This document shows, one piece after another, positions 1 to 12,650 of a stretch of 57,028 nt of DNA. Location: contig NC_068987.1 of assembly GCF_001194135.2 (NCBI RefSeq), forward strand, positions 87,037,747-87,094,774, given 5' to 3'. The stretch's first letter is position 1; each line of letters begins with the position of its first letter. The translations under genes were made by a program, and so were the position numbers. The notes beneath the pieces were generated by a model. It had not been told where the DNA came from. It worked only from the letters and a program-made list of their open reading frames with translations, and searched no databases. The DNA comes from Octopus bimaculoides. Its lineage: Eukaryota.

Positions 1-222
1 TGTGTGTGTGCTTGTGTGTCTGTGTTTGCCCCACCCCCACCGTCGCTCGAAAACCGATGCTAGTGTGTGTGAACGTCCTCGTGACTTAGCGGTTCGGCAT
101 AACAGAACGATAGAATAAGTACTAGGCTTACAAAGAATAAGTCCTGGGGGTCGATTTGTTGAATTAAAGGCGGCGCTCCAGCATGGCCGCAGTCAAATGA
201 CTGAAACAAGTAAAAGAATAAA
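1..222 (+). mobile_element. SINE family B, 3' half
   Basis: Same body and tail (GGCGGYGCTCCAGCATGGCCGCAGTCAAATGACTGAAACAAGTAAAAG) as the fuller copies at 21941-22340 and 47263-47661. Confidence 0.9.
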
Positions 223-1139
223 CGAATACATATATATATATGTGTGTGTGTAACAATTAGAAAATGGAGGATAATATGCTGAACCCNNNNNNNNNNAACT
301 ACTTGCACACATACTGGATAGATACTATCCCTTAGTGGGTTGAACCCCCAACCCCTAACTATCTCACGTTATATATATATATATATATATATGCTGACAA
401 ACATGCGCACGCAGATGCATGCTTGCCCGTCCATTATTGATTAGTATAACTGCATGACTACACTTAGCGGTGCGGGTATGTAATACTGAAGGAAAAATAT
501 TTGTATTGTAATGCCAATTGATTACCTACTGTCTTATGAAATATATTCATAGTTTTCATCGATTTAGCTATAGGAAAAATAAAATAAATGTTTCAAGCCT
601 AATTATTGCTTAATTATCGTCTTCAACATATTGATTAAAAACTCTGAGTGTTGAATAATTTTTCGGTGCATATAATTAGACGGTTAGCGACATCTTCCAA
701 AACTGTGTTTTCTTAGTGTTGCTCAAGGGCCAACCGTGCTGCAATGCTCTTTGTTTATGTAGGGCATGTACGATCTTGTTTGTTATGCAGTCAATATTGT
801 AGTGATATTTGTTGGGCATGAATAGGTATTCATTAGAGAACCGATGTATTTATGCCATCATTGGTTTACCATTGTATTTAGTGTCAAGTGTTTTGTGTTT
901 AGCGTGTGTATATTTGTATTATAGTTGTAAAGATCTAACAATTTGATTTTATGTATGAGTATGTGTGTGTGAGCACATGCATGTATACATACACACAGTC
1001 ATATGCATGTTTTTATTCATTAGATCTATATTATTGATAACGTTGTTCTGACATCGGTTTTTATATTTGTGTAGCTGTAAATTTAAATTGAATGTTTTCT
1101 AAATTGTATCTACGCACCATCACATCATTTGCGAGGGCG

Positions 1140-1405
1140 CATACACACGTACGAACACAGAAATACACACACACACATATGAGTATGCGTATATACATAT
1201 ATATGTGTGTGTGAATGTATGTATGTGTGTATATGTATACATGTATGTATATGGATATATAGAGATGCATACATACATGTATGCATACATATAAACATAC
1301 ATAATTGCGTACATTGTATATTCTCCCATATATATATTCATACATGCATACATACATACACACATACATACATACATACATACATACATACATACATGCA
1401 TACAT
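1140..1405. repeat. Compound (CA)/(TG)/(CATA)n microsatellite
   Basis: Direct inspection; source of the MYVC/HTYI ORFs. Confidence 0.95.
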
Positions 1406-1884
1406 AGCTAGTTTGTTTCAAATACATTCTGCATAATTTACAACTGAAAGAGCCTCGTTTTCGATCTTCAGCTTCGTTTGAAGAACATTATTCCACTTTA
1501 TTTAATAGTATAAGTAATTGCTTTCGCTTAATTGCATTTCATAGCCTTGCTGTATACAGAATCTTCGAGGCTGGCTTGTAAATAAGGGTAGCAGTTAAAA
1601 TTAATTGTAATGGATGGGAAAATTTCAATATTATATGAACCAGAATATGCTTTACAGTGAAATGCGTGTATAGAAAAACTTCCAAAAAACTTAGGCCGAA
1701 TATTTTTAAATGATCAAATAAAGAAATGTAAAATTAAAAGGTGATTGCGGAAAAGAAATTAAATAGAAGTAGAAAGAGTTAGGTTGACAGGATGTAAGAA
1801 AAGAAAAATATTTATTGTTTTTACGTAAGAACAATTTCTGAAGTTGGTAGAGAAGGCACTTGAATGACTCTAAAATTTATTCGT

Positions 1885-2003
1885 TTCTACTCTAAGCACA
1901 AGCCCCAAAATTTTGGGGGAGCGAGTCAGCGGATTATATCGACTCCAGTATGCAACTGGTACTTAATTTATCGACACCGAAAGGATGAAAGGCAAAATCG
2001 CCG
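1885..2003 (-). mobile_element. SINE family A, 3' fragment
   Basis: Reverse complement of the CTTTCATCCTTTCGG-GTCGATAAATTAAGTACCAG core and the TTGTGCYTAGAGTAGAA tail seen in other copies. Confidence 0.85.
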
Positions 2004-2009
2004 TTTTAA

Positions 2010-2161
2010 CGCCGTTATCGATATCCTGAGCGAATCGTGGAAGGTCCTCGATTCGATGATGGAAAACGACCTCTAGGCCGGATTCCAAAATGTGACACGA
2101 ATGCTGGATCCAGTGCGTTGCCGTGCAAGGTGACTATTTCGAAGAAGATATCAAAACGTAG
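2010..2161 (+). pseudogene. mariner transposase C-terminal relic
   Basis: 2105-2161 reads WIQCVAVQGDYFEEDIKT*, matching the mariner W..C....GDYFE C-terminus; frameshifted upstream. Confidence 0.75.
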
Positions 2162-2329
2162 CTAAATAAGTTATTCTTTATTAAATATAGCTAGTCTGGG
2201 ATACTAAGCGGTATGTATGCATGTGTCTGTATATGTATATATGTTTTGTATTGCCTTGTATATCCCAAAGATTTTTTGTTTTTATATGTATGTCATATGT
2301 TATATATGTATGTCATATTTTCCGTTTCT

Positions 2330-3022
2330 TGTCATTTTATTTAATCATGGAGGTATTATTTATGTAACGCACGCAGTCATTAACTTTTTATTAATTTGTA
2401 GAGTTATTCTTGGAATATTTTTGTGCCACTCTGTCTCTTCCTTTACTTTGCTTCTCTTAATTTCCTTTCTTTCTCTCTGTTTCTCTCTCTTTCTTTCTTT
2501 CTCTCTCTCCCTCTCTCTCTCTCTCTGTCTTTCTGTTACCCTCCTCCCACTATCAAGTGACACGTGACGACCTAAGGCAGTGTCATACTTTTTCGACTCG
2601 CCTTCGACCGTACTGGACACGATTTCGCTCTACCCCACCCCGTGTCTATAGTCCCTTAGGACAATTTTCATTTCTCCTTCGCGTTACCCATTTTTGTCTT
2701 GTCTTGCAGCCCCAAGGCTTTTCGTTGTATATGTATTATTATTATTAATTGTCTTCTTGTGACCCTAAGACTTTATCCTGTGTATTGTTTTGTCCCTCGT
2801 CCATCCGCTACCGATCTCGTCTCGGGAGCGTCCCGTTTTCTTATGTTTTTGTCGGTGCCACCAGAGTGGAAGCAATATTATCGATAATGGCTGAAACTGC
2901 GTTTGACCCTGTCGCCGAAAACTGGCGAAGAATCAGTGGCCTTCTGTGTTTTCTATTCGCCTGTGAATGCAGTATGTGCTCGTTTGTTTATTTAACACAC
3001 GTTTTTTTTTAATTATATATAG
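2330..3022. mobile_element. Unclassified CT-rich LTR-like or non-autonomous insertion
   Basis: Bounded by a 22-bp direct repeat GTATGTCATATTTTCCGTTTCT (2308-2329, 3023-3044). Shares a (CT)n - CACGTGAC - GCCCCAAGGCTT layout with 48960-49665. Confidence 0.35.
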
Positions 3023-3049
3023 GTATGTCATATTTTCCGTTTCTCAAGC

Positions 3050-3080
<31 letters not shown>

Positions 3081-3184
3081 ATCGTAAATGCTACCTTCAT
3101 CTTCCTTCTTCTTTGTTATCTAATTAAATGAAAGACATACCAGTGATAACCACGAGTTTCCCCTTGTTGTTACATCCACTTTCT

Positions 3185-3232
<48 letters not shown>

Positions 3233-3236
3233 AAAT

Positions 3237-3292
<56 letters not shown>

Positions 3293-3556
3293 TACATAAT
3301 ATATACCTGTATATAATTCCATGCAATAGAGGAAATTAAAACTTTGAAAATGTATTTGTAGAGATAATTATTTAAAAAGATCAATATGGTTGAATGGTTA
3401 GTGGCGTATAGGTGAAATATCAACGGAAGAACCTACAGCAATAATCTAGGCAATTTTGTAAGCTAGCTCTAATTGATGAAAAACAGCAACAATATAGTAA
3501 TGTGCAAAGGATACGGGAACTTATAAAAGAAGCTTTTGCATGCAATGAAAGTGAAA

Positions 3557-3944
3557 TGTTGTTGTTGGCACTCCGTCGCTTACGACGTCGAGGGTTCCAG
3601 TTGATCCAATCAACGGAACAGCCGGCTCGTGAAATTAACGTGCAAGTGGCTGAGCACTCCACAAACACGTGTACCCTTAACGTAGTTCTCAGGGATATTC
3701 AGCGTGACACAGAGTGACAAGGTTGGCCCTTTGAATTACAGGCACAACAGAAACAGGAAGTAAGAGTGAGTGAAAGTTGGAGCGAAAGAGTATAGCAGGG
3801 TTCGCCACCATCCCCTGCTGGAGCCTCGTGGAGCATTAGGTGTTTTCCCTCAATAAATACTCACAACGCTCGGTCTGGGAATCAAAACCGCGATCCTATG
3901 ACCGCGAATCCGCTGCCCTAACCACTGGGCCATTGCGCCTCCAC
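3557..3944 (-). mobile_element. SINE family C (composite variant)
   Basis: tRNA-like head (reverse complement of GTGGAGGCGCAATGGCCCAGTGGTTAGGG...) plus the TCAGCCACTTGCACGTTAATTTCACGAGC tail shared with 25767-26086 and 48195-48517. Confidence 0.85.
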
Positions 3945-4324
3945 ATGAAAGTGAAATAACACTGTCGATAAAAACAACAAATAAAAATGGTAAAACAATT
4001 TCAAATTAAGCATGTATACCAACATGGATTTGTAAGAAAGAAAATTGGAAAATAAGGTGCAAGGTGGAAGATAGAAAAAACTTAATATACATAAAAATAC
4101 CACTTCGTTTAAATGAGTCAGAACGATACACGGTGATACTTTTATTTTTTTCACTTTTCGGTTTGTGGAGGATTGGTACCTGAGATTGACGTAAGAGATT
4201 CGCAATGTGCAATAGTAATCGATATATAATCAAATAGGGAATAGAAGAGAACGTGCTAATGAAAATGTAACGCAAAATAAAGATAAGAAAGATGAATAAA
4301 TATATACTTATATTTTAGAGCTTA

Positions 4325-5010
4325 AAGTTCGATTACCACAGTAGGTGTCGCTATTGACAGCCTGTTTCAGCAGAACGAATCTTCGATGCACAATGCCGAG
4401 GATGTCGAAAACAAAACAATGAGAATGCTCCTGATTTAGCTGTGACTGTGTCATGCCTTCTTCGATCGTGGAGATAAAGGGCTCTTCCATTGTGACGACT
4501 GCTTTTTCGTCTCGGTGTTGTACCCGTAGACTCAACTCTCGTAACCGTTGACGATCCTCGACATGAAGGATGGGTCTTCACTGGCACGCTGACGCAGATC
4601 CCGACAGAATTCACATCGATGTTCTTTCTGCATAGTGGTCAGCAGGTGGTGGGGATAAGCTTGGCAGAGACACACCGCATGTTCAATTCAGGCGTTTGGG
4701 TTGCCACACGGACCCATATGACAGACCATCAGCATCAGCAATGTCATTGATTCTCCTCCCTGATTTTCGTGCACAAGCTGATGAATTTTGTCCAGATTTC
4801 CACGTGTGATGCTTGTGGCTTGAATTCCAGCTGCCTTATCGTCTACCAGGGACATTCTTTCGCATTTGAAACGCCCGTGCTACTCGAAACATTGCGTGCG
4901 ACCCTTTGCCTCGTCGTCGTAAGCTGACCGAAGCATGCTCAATGTCTCTGTACAAGACTTCTCAAGTTTAACGCCAAATGTCACGTTTGCTCTATGTCTC
5001 GTCTTCCAAT
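4325..5010 (-). pseudogene. Degraded mariner (DD34D) transposase, N-terminal two-thirds
   Basis: Minus strand gives GVKLEKSCTETLSMLRSAYDDEAKGRTQCFE*HGRF ... EDPSFMSRIVNGYES*VYGYNTETKKQSSQWKSPLSPRSKKA ... FDILGIVHRRFV...VNSDTYC, with stops and frameshifts. Confidence 0.9.
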
Positions 5011-5527
5011 CTCTCTCTATCTATCTATCTCTCTCTCTCTCTCCCTCTCTCTCTCTNNNNNNNNNNATACACGCACACACACACATTTCCAACAGGGAAA
5101 CACTTTATATAACTGAATGTATAACTCCATATATGTTCATATAAGCACACCTTCATTCACATATTCATTAGTTCTTTCAGCTAACTCAAGTCTATCCAAT
5201 ACGACTTGTCACTTTGGTAGTCACTGGCATCTGTGTAAGAGCTAAATCACAAGCATACATACATACACACTTACACACACACATACATAATACCTACATA
5301 CATACATTCATGAGTGTAAATATTTACAAGTAACACACCGAGAGAGACATATAGGTGATAAATGACCAGTAGTAAAGTAAAATGAATTAGGCATCCATTT
5401 CAAAACGGAAATTCATTACGTAGAGTCATGTTAGCTAACAAGAGATATCAATTGCCGTTTGTCGGTGAATGTTTATCTGGAATAAAATAACAAACAAGAA
5501 TTACAGTTTATGTCCACGCGAGACATA

Positions 5528-5573
<46 letters not shown>

Positions 5574-6185
5574 NNNNNNNNNNNNNNNNNNNNNNNNNNN
5601 NNNNNNNNNNNNNNNNNNNNNNNNNNNNNNNNNNNNNNNNNNNNNNNNNNNNNNNNNNNNNNNNNNNNNNNNNNNNNNNNNNNNNNNNNNNNNNNNNNNN
5701 NNNNNNNNNNNNNNNNNNNNNNNNNNNNNNNNNNNNNNNNNNNNNNNNNNNNNNNNNNNNNNNNNNNNNNNNNNNNNNNNNNNNNNNNNNNNNNNNNNNN
5801 NNNNNNNNNNNNNNNNNNNNNNNNNNNNNNNNNNNNNNNNNNNNNNNNNNNNNNNNNNNNNNNNNNNNNNNNNNNNNNNNNNNNNNNNNNNNNNNNNNNN
5901 NNNNNNNNNNNNNNNNNNNNNNNNNNNNNNNNNNNNNNNNNNNNNNNNNNNNNNNNNNNNNNNNNNNNNNNNNNNNNNNNNNNNNNNNNNNNNNNNNNNN
6001 NNNNNNNNNNNNNNNNNNNNNNNNNNNNNNNNNNNNNNNNNNNNNNNNNNNNNNNNNNNNNNNNNNNNNNNNNNNNNNNNNNNNNNNNNNNNNNNNNNNN
6101 NNNNNNNNNNNNNNNNNNNNNNNNNNNNNNNNNNNNNNNNNNNNNNNNNNNNNNNNNNNNNNNNNNNNNNNNNNNNNNNNNNNNN
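5574..6185. other. Assembly gap (N run). Other large gaps: 8119-8639, 19514-19613, 33668-34517, 39379-39834, 43282-44068, 52479-52734
   Basis: Runs of n, most flanked by microsatellites. Confidence 0.99.
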
Positions 6186-6211
6186 TATAGATAGATAGAT
6201 AGATAGATAGT

Positions 6212-6253
<42 letters not shown>

Positions 6254-6623
6254 CGTATATTTAGATGTAATACTAAATAAGTCCCCTTTATAAATTGTAT
6301 AGAATGAATAGTTACAATTAGTAGAGCATAGTTGCTTCCTGTAATGATTATAGTGTAAGCAATAGATAAATGGACAGAACATCTGAGAATCAGTCTGCAA
6401 ACATGTTGCGACAATACAGTTCGTTCGACAACTATTTGATATGTATAGGTTTGTACGAATATATTTGCTACTCCGATCAAACAAATACATACACACACAC
6501 ACACATACTTATATACGTATATATACATACATGTATATTAATGTATAAGTATATATATATATATATATATATACATACACGCACATACATAAAGACAGAA
6601 CACACAGAGAGAGAGAGAGAGAG

Positions 6624-6668
<45 letters not shown>

Positions 6669-7148
6669 TTGTGTGTGTGTGTGCGTGCGTGTGATGTGGA
6701 CAAATGAACGTATGACTGCTTCTTTTAACTTTAGAGCTCCACGTGGATTATCACCCTTCAATCTGCTTCCAGTATGGTGGTTAGGCAAATATGTTTAGAA
6801 GTAGTTTTTGTCGTCTCGAACTCTGCATTGGAACTTCGAAGTGCACTCAGAGGTTTAACTAAAACGGATATTCAACGAACATTTTATTGCATCATGTTAC
6901 ATAGAACTAATGTCTGGAATTTGATAAATTTGCGAGACAGAGAAAGGCAAAGTGGAACGAAGAAACAAATGAAGAGGAAAGAAAAAAGATAATAGAGGAT
7001 AAAGAAAGAGAAACAGAGATGAGGAAAATAGAAAAAAACAAGGTGAGATAGTAATTTTAGAAATAAATAAAAAGGAAGCAAGGAAAAGAAACTTCACCGG
7101 ACAACAATAAGAAGTAAACGAAAAAATAGTAAACAGTAACAAATGATG

Positions 7149-7345
7149 TTCTATATTTAAGAAATGAGGAATTATGTACTTTATTTACATTATTTACATT
7201 ATTTACATTTGACGGACATTTGTCCTCATCTTGTTTGTTGTTAACGCGTTTTGGCTGATATATCCCCCAGCCTTCTTCAGGTGTCTTGGGGACATTTCGA
7301 ACCTGAGTTCTCATTCCTAAGGTATTTTTCGATGTTATTATTATT
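7149..7345 (-). mobile_element. Family D non-autonomous element, copy 1 (degenerate hammerhead)
   Basis: Near-identical to 47767-47985. Minus strand ACAC-CTGAAGA-AGGCTG...CAGCC-AAAAC, with the GAAA core mutated. Confidence 0.8.
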
Positions 7346-7357
7346 TGATACGATATT

Positions 7358-7562
7358 CGGAACAGCCTGCTTGTGAAATTAACGTGCAAGTGGCTGAGCA
7401 CTCCACAGACACGTGTACCATTAACGTAGTTCTCGGGGAGATTCAGCATGACACAAAGTGTAACAAGGGTGGCCCATTGAAAAAGAAGTACAACTCATTT
7501 TTGCAAGCTGAGTCGACGGGCGTAACGAGAAGTAATGAACCTTGCTCAAGGGCGTCACGCAC
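7358..7562 (-). mobile_element. SINE family C, partial
   Basis: Matches family C tail and CORE-like segment. Confidence 0.8.
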
Positions 7563-7786
7563 TAAACTAAGTGAAGAATGTACAGATTTTTAAAAATCTA
7601 TTTATTCTTCACTTAGTTTTCTGGGGTTTTTTTCATGCTCCATGTAAAAGTCAGTTTCTTTGTCAATATATATAAATATTTATAAGCTTGTGCATATGTG
7701 TTTATTTTCTGAATATATATTTAATCATTTTATTTATATATATCGAATTTAATATCAAGTTTATTGGCATTATTATCTCTCAGTCT

Positions 7787-7997
7787 AAGGCGGCGAGCTG
7801 GCAGAAACGTTAGCACGCCGGACGAAATGCTTAGCGGTATTTCGTCTACCGCTACGCTCTGAGTTCAAATTCCGCCGAGATGGACTTTGCCCTTCATCCT
7901 TCCAAGTCGATAAAATTAAGTACCATTCAAGTACTGGGGTCGATGTAATTGACTATAACCATCACCACGAATTTCGGGTCTTGTGACTATAGTATAA
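7787..7997 (+). mobile_element. SINE family A (Nin/Deu-domain-like)
   Basis: GGCGGCGAGCTGGCAGAAACGTTAGC head, GAGTTCAAATTCC B-box-like motif, TTCATCCTTCC..GTCGATAAAATTAAGTACC core. Confidence 0.9.
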
Positions 7998-8035
7998 ATT
8001 ATTATTATCTTTCTCTCTCTCTCTCTCTCTCTCCC

Positions 8036-8068
<33 letters not shown>

Positions 8069-8639
8069 TCGCTAACCACTACAAACATTTTTTCTCTGCT
8101 TCCTTCTCTCCTTTTTTTNNNNNNNNNNNNNNNNNNNNNNNNNNNNNNNNNNNNNNNNNNNNNNNNNNNNNNNNNNNNNNNNNNNNNNNNNNNNNNNNNN
8201 NNNNNNNNNNNNNNNNNNNNNNNNNNNNNNNNNNNNNNNNNNNNNNNNNNNNNNNNNNNNNNNNNNNNNNNNNNNNNNNNNNNNNNNNNNNNNNNNNNNN
8301 NNNNNNNNNNNNNNNNNNNNNNNNNNNNNNNNNNNNNNNNNNNNNNNNNNNNNNNNNNNNNNNNNNNNNNNNNNNNNNNNNNNNNNNNNNNNNNNNNNNN
8401 NNNNNNNNNNNNNNNNNNNNNNNNNNNNNNNNNNNNNNNNNNNNNNNNNNNNNNNNNNNNNNNNNNNNNNNNNNNNNNNNNNNNNNNNNNNNNNNNNNNN
8501 NNNNNNNNNNNNNNNNNNNNNNNNNNNNNNNNNNNNNNNNNNNNNNNNNNNNNNNNNNNNNNNNNNNNNNNNNNNNNNNNNNNNNNNNNNNNNNNNNNNN
8601 NNNNNNNNNNNNNNNNNNNNNNNNNNNNNNNNNNNNNNN

Positions 8640-8695
<56 letters not shown>

Positions 8696-9757
8696 ACATC
8701 TTTTTTAAACAAATATACATCTATATATGTTGACAAAATCTGAAGCTTCCCTCTTTCAACACTCTTGATTCTCGTACCAACTATTTCTTTTCGTATTCGT
8801 ATATCCAAATATAGGCTGACACTTTATTAGTATCCAACTTGCTGTCTTTTGTGATAGATACAGGAAAACGAAGCCGAGATTTGGGATACTGAAGTGTTTC
8901 GACAGTCAACATTTTATTTAAAACAGCGAGTGTGCGCGCTAGCGTATGTACTTTCTAGAGAGAACATAGAGGGAGATTGAAATAACAAGCAGAGAGATAA
9001 AAAGCGACAGCGATCTCCAGACAAAATAATCGTGTACTGTATTTCTTTTCGTTTTCATTTTTTCCATTTTCACATACAACGTCTTAAAGCTTCTTTATCG
9101 AAATGATTAAATCAATACGGCATACCTTATCTCTACATAGTTCCTTACTTAAATCAACTGCAAACGTGTTTGTTTCTTTTTTGTTTAGCTAACATATTAG
9201 GTTTCTTTATTGCCTCTGTTTATCGAGTTGAAGTGAACAGAGAGCAGATTGTATGAACATCTTACCTAAATGTGATAAATTTTCTCTCTATCCAGATTAA
9301 TATGTATATCTCATTCGTCTTTTACCAAGAAAGGTCAACGGAAGGTGACGAGGAAGTTTCTAACAGGGACACTTTAGCTACTGAATACATGAACCAAATC
9401 TTCCCTAAATCACAATTTCCTGTCTTATATGCTTCTTAAAAACAAAGATTTATATATGGCTGTGTCCTCTCGTCATAACCATCATCATCAACCACTAGAC
9501 TCATAAGGCCAGCTATCTGGTTTCTATGGAGTATGAATGACCGAGATCATTAAATTCCTCCTGAACGGGACGCTAGTCCATCGCCGAGTTATTCATTTAT
9601 AACTGACAGAACTGAGGCAACGGAAAATGATGTGTTTTGCTCACAACGCTCGGTCAGAGAGTCGAAATAACGACCGCTATTGTCGGCACATGGTGGAAAT
9701 GCGGAATCGTCATGGCCAGAACGACATTGACCATATATTTGCTCAATATCAACAATG

Positions 9758-10172
9758 CAGGCATAACTGTGTGGTAATACGTTTGCTTATCAACCACATG
9801 GTTCCGAATTCAGTCCAACTGCTTGGAATTGTGGGAAAGTGTCTTCTAATATGGTCTCGAACCAACCAAAGATTTGTGAGTTGATTTGGTAGACGGAAAC
9901 TGAAAGAAACCTGCCATATATATACACACTCATACATAAACACACACACGCAAGAACACACACACTCACGCGTGTGTGTGTGTCAGTATTTGTCCCCAAC
10001 CACCCTTTGACAACCGGTGTAGGTGTGTTTACGTCTCTATAATTTAGCGGTTTGTTAAAAGAGAGGATATGATAAATACAAAGCTCTACAAAGAGGAAGA
10101 ACTGGGGGCGATTCGTTCGACTAAAACTCCTCAGCATGGCCGCAGTCTAATGTGTGAAACAAGTAACAGAAA
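9758..10172 (+). mobile_element. SINE family B, diverged full-length copy
   Basis: Head, GTGAGTTGATTTGGTAGACGGAAACTGAAAGAA domain, internal microsatellite and tail all present. Confidence 0.85.
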
Positions 10173-10267
10173 ATAACGTTACAGCAGGCGTCTTTTGAGA
10201 AACATACGAAAAATTGATCTGTATTTTTCTTTTTCTCCTTTTCACATTAGGCCGTCTATGGAGGATT

Positions 10268-10933
10268 AGAGTTAATAGCTTTCTTTTATTCCACACTAAG
10301 TCCTATCACCTTCAGTAAGAGAACAGGAATATCGGATCTTTTCTGTTTGGCTGTTTAAAAATTTGGTGTTTTGATGTAATTTTCCATGCTGAATATCAGG
10401 AGAGAATTCACTTTTGCAAGAAATTTCTTTTTTTTAAAGTAACCGTGGTTTAAAGTTTTATCATTTCTACCCACTCAGAAAACAGGAAGTTGTCATTTGC
10501 AAGTTGTCATTTCAGGCATGTCGGCACTTGCTGTCATCAGTAAACAAATGAAATATTGGAGGAATTCTGCTTAATGCGCACCATATAAACCTTCATAACT
10601 TTTTTTTTTTTATTTTGGGGAATTTTCAGAACATTTTTGCGAATTTGTATTCTATACATGCAAATTCATACGATTATGCAAAAATGAAATGCATATTGAG
10701 GGTACGTCATGTAAGACCTGTTATTTTAAGCACATCTTAGAACCACACCATACCACGTGTTTTAAGAATTTAATAAACTAAAATGACCACGTGGATTGAC
10801 AGGACCAGAACAGAAGTGAGAACAGCTTAGTAACAGTTTAGCTTTTTACTATGGAAACAGGCACCTACATGTCTGTGGCTTTCTATTGGCTAAAATAACC
10901 CCAAATTGGTAAAATTTAAAGGCTATTAACTCT
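10268..10933. mobile_element. Putative non-autonomous DNA transposon with short terminal inverted repeats
   Basis: Perfect 12-bp inverted repeat AGAGTTAATAGC (10268-10279) / GCTATTAACTCT (10922-10933), containing TTAA at both ends; no ORF inside. Confidence 0.5.
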
Positions 10934-11585
10934 TTATCTCTTGATTTATTGCGTAAATGTAAATGATTGTTTTTTTAAACTACACCAAAACACAAAATAT
11001 GAAAGCAATTGGAATAAAAATTGAAGAAATTGAAAAGTGGCAGGCAAACGGAAAAGATCCGAAATATCCTTTCAGTAAAACATATCACAAGCTGTTCGAT
11101 AGGATTAACATAATTTGAGTGTTAAGGTTTTAAATTACAACACTACAAAGTTACATATAAAAATACATGCTACGAAACATTTGAGAAATATATAGAAACG
11201 TGATGTAAATTTATACAATCGTCTTGTCAATATATATTCATGTCAATCTAACAAAATTACGATACATACAACATAGCATGAAAGCTTATACCTAAGCCGT
11301 AAACAAAGAACATATATGTATAGTACTCACGAGATTCACTCTCCAGACATTACAACCTCCCAGTAAAGAGAAACTCAATTATTAGAATATCATTATATTG
11401 TTTTTCAGTAGCTTTATTTGATCAATATGTTCATGATAATTAAACAATGTTTTCCTTTCAAATTGCTATGTATCCTTTTTAAAACTTATTGTTCACATAA
11501 TCATTATCATTGTGATGCACATCGAAGGATATCGTACAGATGCTGGTTTTCAAAGAATCTAGAAAGTGATTTTCAAAAGCCCTAC

Positions 11586-11650
11586 CTAGAATCAGTCAAT
11601 AACTGGTTTACTACACTGCTGGCTTCGAACAGTTCACGGTTAGGTCCCAT
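11586..11650 (-). CDS. Candidate first coding exon (MGPNRELFEASSVVNQLLTDS), unidentified
   Basis: ACCATGG start context, open frame, AG|GTAGGG donor, possible upstream acceptor at 11671. No homology recognised. Confidence 0.2.
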
Positions 11651-11768
11651 GGTCTTTAATTTTCAGTGTACCTAATCAACAAAGATATATATATAGGAAA
11701 CACTTTTTTCTGCAAAAGAGGGGTAGCTTATCCTGTTCATATATATGTATGTATATGTGTGTGTGTGT

Positions 11769-11809
<41 letters not shown>

Positions 11810-12438
11810 CGTGTGTGCGTGCATGTGTCTGTGTATGTATGCATGTATGTGTGCATGTATATATGTATGTATCTGCTATTGATGGCAAATAAAATTGTAT
11901 CATTTCAATAATTTATGTGAGATCTGAGTGTGGCTTGGAACTGATCGCTTCTATTTATATGTACATCAATTATTAATTTGTCGAAGAATGTGGCTCACGA
12001 ATAGGACTCTGGAACGAATTCAGTTTGTATATAGAGACCCCAAGTTTTACACACATAAAAATACACACATACAAATACACACACACAAATGCACACACGC
12101 ACATAAATTGATATTCCCATACATACATTTATTCATACATACATACTTATTTCACATTTCTCTCTGGATTATATCCAGGAACTGATTTTATTACAAGCAC
12201 TGAACTATTTTCCAGAAGAATGAAAATACGATTATTTAATATTGTTAGTAGTTTATATATAATTTGCGGAGATGCATCAAACTTAATGTAAGGTGAAGTA
12301 GTTCTAGCTGGGGCGGAAACTGCATTGTTTCGGATTTGAAACGTGACTGCCAATTCCATTATATAGTTTAGTTCTTTATCGCTGATCAACGTCAGGCATT
12401 TAGAACCATTAATCTAATTCTGTAAAGTAGTTGAATAC

Positions 12439-12439
<1 letters not shown>

Positions 12440-12500
<61 letters not shown>

Positions 12501-12650
12501 ACAACGACCACGACCACCTTGGCGACCACCACCACCTCAACGATGTTGATGATGATGATGATGATGATGATAGGGTAAAGGTGGTGGTGACGGTGATCAT
12601 GATGATAATGTTCATCATCATCATCGTTATCGTCGTCATCATCATCATCA
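12440..12650. repeat. (GAT)n ... (CAT)n trinucleotide array with self-complementary halves
   Basis: Direct inspection; gives the poly-D and poly-I ORFs. Confidence 0.9.

Noticed and set aside
5510-6798. Long track ORFs (also 8035-8808, 33618-34922, 39233-39975, 43112-44175, 52415-52859)
   Set aside because: They run through N gaps and dinucleotide repeats; not evidence of coding.
7787-7880. tRNA-like A/B boxes here and in all SINE heads, including 50348-50420
   Set aside because: No complete cloverleaf or acceptor stem; these are SINE heads, not tRNA genes.
6735-10539. Micro-exon chain 6735-6771, 10251-10314, 10516-10539 reading RAPRGLSPFNLLPAVYGGLELIAFFYSTLSPITFSMSALAVI
   Set aside because: It reads like a membrane protein, but two segments overlap the putative TIR element and such chains are easy to over-fit without RNA data.
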